A stretch of DNA of 64,000 bases from an uncultured delta proteobacterium (GTDB lineage: Bacteria; Myxococcota_A; Polyangia; Palsa-1104): assembly GCA_963785725.1 (NCBI GenBank), contig CAWAWS010000026.1:1-64000 (forward strand). Direction: 5' to 3'. The translations under genes and the position numbers were made by a program. Positions 10,330 to 18,459 of the stretch are shown piece after piece. A model generated the notes under the pieces. That model did not search any database. It saw only the letters and a list, made by a program, of their open reading frames with translations, and was not told where the DNA came from. Within the stretch, counting starts at the first letter, position 1. Each line of letters starts with the position of its first letter.

Positions 10330-11532
10330 ATGCGCGCGTGTCGCTTCGTGATGTTGACCTTAATGGTAGCTGGCTGCGGCTCGTCGTCGGGTAACGGCGG
10401 CGACGTGGATATGGCGAGCGGTACGGGCGGCAACGGCGGAGTCGGCGACATGGCCAAGACGCCGGCCGATCTATCGGCGGCTGCCGATCTGTCGGCGACG
10501 GCCGATCTATCGGTGCCGGGCGATATGACGAAGCCGGCGCCGGGACACGATCTCGCGATCGGCGCAGACATGACGCCGCCGCCGATTGGTCCCGACATGA
10601 CGCCGCCGCCGGTCGGCCCCGACATGACGCCGCCGCCGGTGGGCCCCGACATGACGGTCTCGCTCGACATGACGACGATCGTGACGCCGCCGCCCGGTCC
10701 CGACATGACGCTCGGCCCCGACATGACGCCGCCCGCGCCCTGCGGCGGCTCGTGCACCGGCGCGCAGATCTGCTGCGGCAACACCTGCGTCGATCCGACG
10801 AGCGACGCCGCCAACTGCGGCGCCTGCGGCAACGTCTGCTCGAGCGGCGTGTGCGGCGCCAGCGTCACGGCGTCGATGGCGACGCAGCCGACCGACTGGG
10901 TCTTCAACGGCAGCGCGACCTACGACGGCACCGCGCTCACCACCGTTCTCACGCAGGCGCTGAACGGCCAGACCGGCACCGTCATCTACAAGAACCCCAT
11001 CACCACCGACTCCTTCGACGTCTCGTTCGACTTCCGCATCAACCCGCACGGCGCCGACGGCCTCGGCTTCATGATCGAGAAGGAGGGCAACACCGCCTTG
11101 GGCCAAGGCGGCGGCGGCTTCGCCATGACCGGTCTCACCGGCTACGGCGTCGAGCTCGACGCCTACAACAACGGCGCCTGCGGTGACGTCGACAACGACC
11201 ACACCGCCGTCGACTCGCTCACGCCGTGCAGCGCCGACACCGACTGCCCGACGCCGCTCGGGGTCAGCGCCAGCTTGAGCTCGATGTTCGGCTACGACAT
11301 CGGCGACGGCACCTGGCGCACGGTCTCGGTGCACAACGCCAACGGCGTCGTCACGGTCACGATCAACCAGGGCACGTCGACGAACATTCCAGCCGTCTCC
11401 AGCGCCACGCTGCCCGGCTACGTCGCCGGCGACAAGTACTACTTCGGCTTCGGCGGCGGCACCGGCGGCATCAACGAGAAGCAGGAAATTCGCAACGTGA
11501 AGATCACGTTCCCGACGCCGCGCTGCCTCTGA
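10330..11532 (+). CDS. Lipoprotein with PDMT repeats, Cys-rich Stig1-like repeat and L-type lectin domain
   Basis: Lipobox VAGC; CCGNTCVDPTSDAANCGACGNVC; GADGLGF, VELDAY and FGFGGGTGG legume-lectin-like motifs. Confidence 0.8.
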   Translation: MRACRFVMLTLMVAGCGSSSGNGGDVDMASGTGGNGGVGDMAKTPADLSAAADLSATADLSVPGDMTKPAPGHDLAIGADMTPPPIGPDMTPPPVGPDMTPPPVGPDMTVSLDMTTIVTPPPGPDMTLGPDMTPPAPCGGSCTGAQICCGNTCVDPTSDAANCGACGNVCSSGVCGASVTASMATQPTDWVFNGSATYDGTALTTVLTQALNGQTGTVIYKNPITTDSFDVSFDFRINPHGADGLGFMIEKEGNTALGQGGGGFAMTGLTGYGVELDAYNNGACGDVDNDHTAVDSLTPCSADTDCPTPLGVSASLSSMFGYDIGDGTWRTVSVHNANGVVTVTINQGTSTNIPAVSSATLPGYVAGDKYYFGFGGGTGGINEKQEIRNVKITFPTPRCL

Positions 11533-11660
11533 TCGCCTAGCCGCGCTTCACCCGCAATTCCCCCAAGGCCGTGGAAAATCCGCGGCTTGCCTGCCTCGAT
11601 CGCCCAGCGTAGATTCGTCGCCACGACAGCTCCGCCAGCCTGACGGCGCGCTGCCTCGCC

Positions 11661-12554
11661 ATGACCGATGATTCCGCGCGACCGGCGCCCACGCCCGACC
11701 CAGCTGCCCATGCGCCTCGCCTCGAGGCGCGGATGACGCGCGAGCTCATCATCGAGCCCGACAGCGTCGCGCGGCAGTATTGGCGAGACCTGTGGGGCTA
11801 TCGCGAGCTGTTGGCGATGCTGGCCTGGCGCGACGTGGCCGTGCGCTACAAGCAGACGGTCATCGGCGTCTTGTGGGCGGTGCTGCGGCCGTTCTTCACG
11901 ATGTTGGCGTTCACGTTCGTCTTCTCGCGGCTGGCCAAGCTGCCGTCGGACGGCGGCGCGCCCTATCCGCTGATGGTCTTCGCAGCCATGCTGCCGTGGC
12001 AGCTGTTCTCGTCGGCGCTCATGGGCGCGAGCGAGAGCTTGGCCAGCAACGCCAACCTCATCTCCAAGGTCTATTTTCCACGGCTGATCGTGCCCACGGC
12101 CACCGTCGCCGTCTCGGTGGTCGACTTCCTCGTCAGCCTCGGCGTGCTGGCGGGGATGATGGTGTGGTACCGCTTCGTACCACCCGTGCAGGTGTTGGCG
12201 GTGATTCCGCTGACGCTCTTGGCGGGGCTGTTGGCGCTCGGTCCCGGCATCTTCTTGTGCGCGGTGAACGTGAAGTTTCGCGACTTCCGCCACGCGCTGC
12301 CGTTCATCACGCAGTTCGCGATCTACGTGACGCCGGTCGGCTTCTCGTCGTCGATCGTGCCCGAGCGCTGGCGGGTGCCGTTCGAGCTCAACCCGATGGT
12401 CGGCGTCATCGACGGCTTTCGCTGGGCCGTGCTCGGCTCGGTGGACTTTCCGGGCCGCGCGCTCGCCATCAGCGCCATCGTCTGTGTCGCCTTTCTGGGG
12501 CTGGGCGTGCGGCGCTTTCGCAGGTCGGAGAACACCTTCGTGGACGTCATTTAG
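11661..12554 (+). CDS. wzm: Polysaccharide ABC transporter permease
   Basis: RYKQTVIGVLWA, LISKVYFPR, FRD and LNPM ABC-2 motifs. Start may be 11733. Confidence 0.92.
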   Translation: MTDDSARPAPTPDPAAHAPRLEARMTRELIIEPDSVARQYWRDLWGYRELLAMLAWRDVAVRYKQTVIGVLWAVLRPFFTMLAFTFVFSRLAKLPSDGGAPYPLMVFAAMLPWQLFSSALMGASESLASNANLISKVYFPRLIVPTATVAVSVVDFLVSLGVLAGMMVWYRFVPPVQVLAVIPLTLLAGLLALGPGIFLCAVNVKFRDFRHALPFITQFAIYVTPVGFSSSIVPERWRVPFELNPMVGVIDGFRWAVLGSVDFPGRALAISAIVCVAFLGLGVRRFRRSENTFVDVI

Positions 12555-12691
12555 GGCCGCAAAGGACGACTATAAAGAGATCGACGCCTGACGACGTTCG
12601 ATCGAGCGGTTACGCCATTTGACACGAACGAGCGGCGTCGCGAGACTGTTCGACTGGTCGACTGCACGGGCACGGGCATGGAACGGAGGCC

Positions 12692-13927
12692 ATGAGCGAC
12701 GTCGTCATCATCGCCGAGCGGCTGGGGAAGTCCTATACGATCGACCATCGGCAATCGACGCCTTATGCCACCTTGCGGGACACGCTGGTGGACCTGTTTC
12801 GCGGCCTCGGACGGCGCTCGAGCCGCACGGCGCAGGAGGAGTTCTGGGCGCTCCGCGAGCTGAATTTCACGGTGCAGGCGGGCGATCGCCTGGCCATCAT
12901 CGGGCGCAACGGCGCCGGCAAGTCGACGCTGCTCAAAGTGCTGAGCCGTATCACCGCGCCGACGACCGGGCGCGTGACGCTGCGCGGCCGCGTCGCCAGC
13001 CTGCTCGAGGTCGGCACCGGCTTTCATCCCGAGCTGTCGGGGCGCGACAACATCTTCCTGAACGGCGCCATTCTCGGCATGAAGAAGCGCGAGATCGCGG
13101 CCAAGTTCGATGAGATCGTCGCCTTCTCCGAGATCGAGAAGTTCCTCGATACGCCGGTGAAGCGCTATTCGTCGGGGATGTACGTGCGATTGGCGTTCGC
13201 CGTCGCGGCGCACCTCGATCCGGAGATTTTGATCGTCGACGAAGTATTGGCCGTCGGCGACGCCAAGTTTCAAAAGAAGTGCCTCGGCAAGATGGAGGAC
13301 GTCAGCAAGCAGCAAGGGCGGACCGTGCTCTTCGTCAGTCACAACATGGGCGCGGTCAAGAGCCTATGTAACAAAGCCATTCTCCTCGAGCACGGCCAAA
13401 AGGTGGCGGAGGGTGATACCGAGACGGTCGCCAATCGCTATGCCGTTTCGGCAACCGACGCGCTGGGATTCAAGGCTCTCGCCATCGCTGAGCTGGGCGC
13501 GACGCTGCGCAATATCACGCTCAATGCCGCGGCGGAGGGCGCGATCGTTCCCGGTAAATCATTGACGATCGATCTCGAGATCGAGTGTGAACGGGAGCTT
13601 CGCGATATCGGAATTCAGCTCATGATCTCCAATGACGATACGCGCGGAACGGTATTCGCGAGCAATACCAAAGTGACGAAGAATATCGACGTCAAGCTGA
13701 CGCGCGGAACGAACCGGCTGAGCCTGATCATCGATCGATTCAATCTTTGCTCCGGTCCTTATTGGCTCGGCTTTGCGATCGATACGCCGTTCATTCGCTA
13801 TTATTTTCACGAGCCGACGCTGCTCGCCTTCGAAGTGACCGACACGGTCATCGAGCCCAATTTGGTGCCGACTTTGCCGGCTTACGGTCGCGTCTATCTC
13901 GACCATCGTTGGGTCGCGCCGACGTGA
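12692..13927 (+). CDS. wzt: Polysaccharide ABC transporter ATPase with C-terminal Wzt_C domain
   Basis: GRNGAGKST, YSSGMYVRLAF and DEVLAVGD motifs; beta-rich C-terminal extension. Confidence 0.92.
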   Translation: MSDVVIIAERLGKSYTIDHRQSTPYATLRDTLVDLFRGLGRRSSRTAQEEFWALRELNFTVQAGDRLAIIGRNGAGKSTLLKVLSRITAPTTGRVTLRGRVASLLEVGTGFHPELSGRDNIFLNGAILGMKKREIAAKFDEIVAFSEIEKFLDTPVKRYSSGMYVRLAFAVAAHLDPEILIVDEVLAVGDAKFQKKCLGKMEDVSKQQGRTVLFVSHNMGAVKSLCNKAILLEHGQKVAEGDTETVANRYAVSATDALGFKALAIAELGATLRNITLNAAAEGAIVPGKSLTIDLEIECERELRDIGIQLMISNDDTRGTVFASNTKVTKNIDVKLTRGTNRLSLIIDRFNLCSGPYWLGFAIDTPFIRYYFHEPTLLAFEVTDTVIEPNLVPTLPAYGRVYLDHRWVAPT

Positions 13928-14193
13928 CGGACGCTTGGCGCCATGCCTCGATTCGCGTGCCTGCTCAAGACCTAAACGGTGGCGATTTGCCCTACGTCCG
14001 CAGCATACGTTTGGTATGTCAGCAGGCACTGACGTGGACTCCGTCGTTCGGACCAAGAACCGGGGTTGCTAAGTGAGTCCACTCCGTCCGTCGTCTTCTC
14101 GCTTCTTCCGCCGAGCGGGGCGTGGGGAGACTGGTAGACGGTGAATTCTGCGGATCCTTGCGAATGAGATCTGCTCGTCGGCGTTAAGTCAAT

Positions 14194-15681
14194 GTGGACC
14201 CGATGGACAGTGCACATCTGATGCGGCTCGTGCAGCGGATCGATGGCGGCGACGAGAGTGCGCATGCCGATTTCGTCCGTCTCCTGCGCGCGCACGGGAC
14301 GCCGCTCGTCGAGCCGCTCGCGGACACTCGCGACGAGGTGCTGGTGACATTCGTGCATCGCGACGCGCAGGCCCGTCGGGTGCAGGTGATGAAAGGGCCC
14401 GAGGATCCACGCGACACGATGCTTTCACGAATACGCGCCACCGATCTATGGGCGCGCAGCTATCGCATGCCGGCCGAGGCGCGCTTCACGTATTGCTTCG
14501 CGCCCGACTTTTCGGACGAGCTGCCGCCGCCCGCGGAGATGGCGCAGCTCGAGCGGACGCTGCGCGCTGATTCCTACAATCACAATCGCGTGGGGACGCA
14601 GCAGTCGTTGTGCGAGCTGCCACTGGCGCCGTCGTCGCCGTTCACGCGGGTGCGGCGCGAGGTGCCGACGGGCGAAGTGCACGCGCACCACATTGCGAGC
14701 GCGCGGCTCGGCAATTCGCGCAACGTCCACGTCTATACGCCGTCCGGCTTCGACGCGACGCGCGGACCCTACCCGCTGCTCGTGCTGTTCGACGGGATCG
14801 ATTATCTCGCGGCCATTCCCACGCCGATCATTCTCGACAACGCGATCGCGCAAAGATTGCTGCCGCCGACGATCGCGATCTTCATCGATCCCGTCGATCG
14901 AATGAGCGAGCTCATGCTCGATCGGGCGTTTCTCGACCTCGTGGCGCAGGAGATCGTGCCGTTCGTTCAGCGGCGCTATCACGCGAGCGCCGATCCGCGC
15001 GCGACGGTCGTCGGCGGTTTCAGCGCGGGCGGCCTGGCGGCGGTGTGGTCGGCGCATCTGCATCCCGACGTGTTCGGCAATGTGCTGGCGCAGTCGGATG
15101 CGCGTTTTCGCTTGCCGAGTGGCCTCGACGTGTATGAATTCGTGGCGCGTGAGATTGCCAATGCGCCGTCGCGCGAGACGCGATTTCATCTCGAAGAGGG
15201 TCACATCCTGCCGCTCGCGATGCCGTTTCGTCATTTGCTGCCGGTGCTGGCGTCAAAAGACAATCGCGTGACGGTGCAGACCTTCATCGGTGGGCATGAC
15301 ACGTCGAGCTGGCGCGTGCGGCTCGGCAATGCGCTCGTGGCGTTGCTCGGCGATGCGCGCCCGCGTGAAATCGAGCCGCGCCTGCCGACGAACGATCTGA
15401 CGATCAAAGATTGCGGCGCGAGCCTGACGATGCAAGTGCTGCGCGCGGCGATGATCGACGCCGACGAAAGCGCGCTCGCAACCTTCCGTGAAGCGCTCGA
15501 CGCCGGCCGCGTAGTAGAAGCAGACACGCTCGCGAAGCTCGGCTTTGCTCTCCTCTACGATCTCGCGGCGCCGCGTGCCGCCCTCGCCGTATTCTCCGCG
15601 TGTGCGGCGCGATTTCCGTCGCTGGTGGCGCAGGCCAATCTCGACGAGGTGCAGCTCGTGCTCGGCGAGCGGCTCGCGTAG
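14194..15681 (+). CDS. Enterochelin esterase (Fes)-like alpha/beta hydrolase with C-terminal helical (TPR-like) extension
   Basis: GTPLVE...VTFV and TDLW...Y (DUF3327-like); VYTPSG, LLVLFDG, GFSAGG nucleophile and GGHD. Confidence 0.8.
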   Translation: MDPMDSAHLMRLVQRIDGGDESAHADFVRLLRAHGTPLVEPLADTRDEVLVTFVHRDAQARRVQVMKGPEDPRDTMLSRIRATDLWARSYRMPAEARFTYCFAPDFSDELPPPAEMAQLERTLRADSYNHNRVGTQQSLCELPLAPSSPFTRVRREVPTGEVHAHHIASARLGNSRNVHVYTPSGFDATRGPYPLLVLFDGIDYLAAIPTPIILDNAIAQRLLPPTIAIFIDPVDRMSELMLDRAFLDLVAQEIVPFVQRRYHASADPRATVVGGFSAGGLAAVWSAHLHPDVFGNVLAQSDARFRLPSGLDVYEFVAREIANAPSRETRFHLEEGHILPLAMPFRHLLPVLASKDNRVTVQTFIGGHDTSSWRVRLGNALVALLGDARPREIEPRLPTNDLTIKDCGASLTMQVLRAAMIDADESALATFREALDAGRVVEADTLAKLGFALLYDLAAPRAALAVFSACAARFPSLVAQANLDEVQLVLGERLA

Positions 15682-15862
15682 ATCATGATGCCGCCGTCCT
15701 CATCACGTGCTCGCCCAGCAACGACGCGTCGTACGCGTGCCGCCGACGGCGCCAGTCCATCGCGCGCCTGGTGCGGCCGCTCATCGTCTTAGACGGCGAA
15801 GTAGCGGCGCAAGCCGCGCCGCGATGAGATCATCATATCTGCTTAGACATGCTTAGTCGGCG

Positions 15863-17215
15863 TCACCCCGGCGGCGGCCCGTCTTCGCCTTCGCGCCGCG
15901 ATTCGCCGGTCTTGTCGAGCGCCAGCTTGAACAGCACCGGCCCCACCATCTCGTTGATCGCCACCGTCGCCACCACCAGCGAGCGGATGCCGCCGCCGAT
16001 CGCCGGCAAGCTGCGCTCGATGACGGCGCCGATGCCGAGCGCCACGCCCGCCTGCGACACGAGGCCCGACCACCCCCAACGCCGCACGGTCGGCACGTCG
16101 TCGGCGAGCCGCGCGCCGAGGCGATGCGCGATCACCGTGACCACGGCGCGCCCCGCGCACAGCGCCAGCGCCACCGGCCACAGCTGCCGCAAGATCGGCA
16201 CCTCCAAGTGCGCGCCGGCGCCGGCGAAGAACACGACGTAGACGACGCTGCCGAGACCCTCGATGCCATGCAGGAACTTCTCGCCCTGCAGCGACAGGTT
16301 TTGCACGATGAAGCCGGCGACGAGGAACGTCAACAGCGGCTCGAAATGCAGGTAATGGAGCACCTCGGTGAAGCCGAAGCCGAGCAAGAGGAGCATGAGC
16401 AGCAGCGAGCGATTGACGAAGCGGAGATAGAGCGTCAACAGGAGGCCGAGCGTCGTGCCCAGCGAGACCGAGCCGAGCAGCTCGCGGCCGAGCTCGTGGA
16501 AGGCGTGCATCGACAGCGTCGCGCCCGGCTCGACGAGCGGCTTGGTCAGCGTCAGCACCGTCGCCAGCATGATGAGGACGACGACGTCGGAGGTCATGAC
16601 CGTCGCCAACGTCGCCTGCGCGATCGGTCCTTGCGCCCGCGTCTGCGCCAGCACGCCCAGCGTCGCCGACGGGCTGCGCGTCACGGACACAACGCCCCAC
16701 ATGAGCGCGACACCGGTCGCCAGCGGCCACGAAATCCCGTGCAAGAACGGCAAAAACGGCGTCAGCGCCAGGAACAGCCCGGCCGTGAAGGCGAACACGA
16801 ACAGGCTCTGGAACAGCGTCGCCCAAGCCAGCGTGCGCGCGCCTTTGCGCAGGTCGGCGATGCGCAGCTCGGCGCCGCCGGCCAGCGCGATCAAGGCCAA
16901 CGCCAGCGGATTGGCCGTGCTCAGCTGATCGACGGTCTTGTGGTCGAGCAGGTGCAAGACATACGGCCCAGCGACGATGCCGGCGATGATGTAAGCCGTC
17001 AGGTGCGGCACCTGGAACCACTCGAGCTGCTCCGACGCCAGTGTGCCCGCCAGCAAGAGAAAGCCGGTCGCGGCGACCGCCGACAGCCCGCCGCCGGCTT
17101 CGGGCACGACGCGCGTCGCCACCCACAACAGCAGCGACACCAGCGCGAGCACGAACAGCTGCTGCAGGCGCACCGAGATCTTCGAATGCTCGCCGGTCGT
17201 CACCGCCTGGCTCAT
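15863..17215 (-). CDS. Cation:proton antiporter (CPA2/Kef-like, membrane domain only)
   Basis: About 12 TM helices; LIALAGGAEL, VFFAGAGA, SQAGVALG and INEMVGP motifs. Confidence 0.85.
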   Translation of the reverse strand: MSQAVTTGEHSKISVRLQQLFVLALVSLLLWVATRVVPEAGGGLSAVAATGFLLLAGTLASEQLEWFQVPHLTAYIIAGIVAGPYVLHLLDHKTVDQLSTANPLALALIALAGGAELRIADLRKGARTLAWATLFQSLFVFAFTAGLFLALTPFLPFLHGISWPLATGVALMWGVVSVTRSPSATLGVLAQTRAQGPIAQATLATVMTSDVVVLIMLATVLTLTKPLVEPGATLSMHAFHELGRELLGSVSLGTTLGLLLTLYLRFVNRSLLLMLLLLGFGFTEVLHYLHFEPLLTFLVAGFIVQNLSLQGEKFLHGIEGLGSVVYVVFFAGAGAHLEVPILRQLWPVALALCAGRAVVTVIAHRLGARLADDVPTVRRWGWSGLVSQAGVALGIGAVIERSLPAIGGGIRSLVVATVAINEMVGPVLFKLALDKTGESRREGEDGPPPG

Positions 17216-18459
17216 GCGACCACCGATTCTTTGGCGGCGGGGGTGGTCGGCGGCGTGGTCGAGCCGAGCTCGCCGGCGTCACGCAGCGCCGCGCGCAAGG
17301 CCAGCGGCCCGACGAGCTCGCCGAAGAGTGTCACGGCGGCGGCGCTGATGAGGACGGTCTCGCCGATGGTGCTCCGGCCGTTGAAGGTGAGCGCGAAGCT
17401 GAGGCCGATGGTCATCGTCAATTCGCCGGCGGGCAGCATGGCCGGGCCGATGCGCCACGGCGACGCGCCGGCGCGACCGCGCGGCGCGATCGCGAAGCCG
17501 AGCACGAAGAACACGAGGGCGCGCGTGGCCACGACCGCGCCGGCGACGAGCGCGTGGGCGGCGACGGCGCGCGGCTCGATGCGCGCGCCCGCCAACAGCA
17601 GCGCCGGCAACAGCGCGCTCCGCTTGGTCGGCTCGACCATCGCGTACAGCCGCTGCCGATGCCGCGAGGCCAGGCCGGCCACGGCGCCGACCGCGAAGAG
17701 CGCGGCCACCACCGGCAAGTCGAGGCGCGCCGCCGTGCCCACGGCCAGCAGCGCCAGGCCGACGACGATGCCCCACGACTGCTCGGTGCGCGTCTCGCGC
17801 GACAGCATGATCGCGGCCACGAGCCCGAGCAGCGCGCCCACGACGATGACGGTCGCCGGCACCGTCAGCGCCGGCAGCGGCAGTCGCTGCGCGACCTCGA
17901 TGCGCGGATGCAGGCACAGCCCGACGCCCGCGGCCAAGATCGGCGCCACGTCCTTGGCCTCCGCGATATCGTCGAGCATCTCCGACAGCGGACCGGCGGC
18001 GCCGTGCCGCTCGGCGACCCAGCGCAGCGCGTTCGACGTCGTCTCCGAGGCGACCGCGCCGAGCCCGAGCGCCAAGGCCCAGCGCTCGTTCGCTGCCAAA
18101 GGCGGGCCGATCAACGGGGCCAAATACCAGGCGGCGGCGGCGACCGCGGCGACGGAGACGAGGCCGGACGCGATGCCGAGGACGATGCGGCCGGCGCGCA
18201 GGCGGCGGCTGCGCACGACGCAGTAGTCGAGGCCGATGACGAGCGCCACCCAGCCGACGAAGACGTAGACGATGGGCTCGACGTCGATCTGCACGCTGCG
18301 ATCGATGACGCCGAGCAGGCCCGGGCCCAAGAGAAAGCCGAGGATGACCCACTCCGAGCCCGACGGTAAGCCGAGGCCGGTGGCGGTGCGGCCGCGGCTG
18401 ATGAGGCCGCTGACGTACGACAACCCGAGCAGCGCCATCAGGAGGACGAAGGCGTTCAT
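17212..18459 (-). CDS. Divergent cation:proton antiporter-like membrane protein
   Basis: GFLLGPGLLG, IGLD, LLAGA and GELVGP motifs; ATGA overlap with the next gene. Confidence 0.75.
   Translation of the reverse strand: MNAFVLLMALLGLSYVSGLISRGRTATGLGLPSGSEWVILGFLLGPGLLGVIDRSVQIDVEPIVYVFVGWVALVIGLDYCVVRSRRLRAGRIVLGIASGLVSVAAVAAAAWYLAPLIGPPLAANERWALALGLGAVASETTSNALRWVAERHGAAGPLSEMLDDIAEAKDVAPILAAGVGLCLHPRIEVAQRLPLPALTVPATVIVVGALLGLVAAIMLSRETRTEQSWGIVVGLALLAVGTAARLDLPVVAALFAVGAVAGLASRHRQRLYAMVEPTKRSALLPALLLAGARIEPRAVAAHALVAGAVVATRALVFFVLGFAIAPRGRAGASPWRIGPAMLPAGELTMTIGLSFALTFNGRSTIGETVLISAAAVTLFGELVGPLALRAALRDAGELGSTTPPTTPAAKESVVA

Noticed and set aside
13926..14092. Retron msr-msd or c-di-GMP riboswitch identity for the structured region
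   Set aside because: There is no reverse transcriptase nearby and the consensus motifs are incomplete; kept only as an unassigned candidate.
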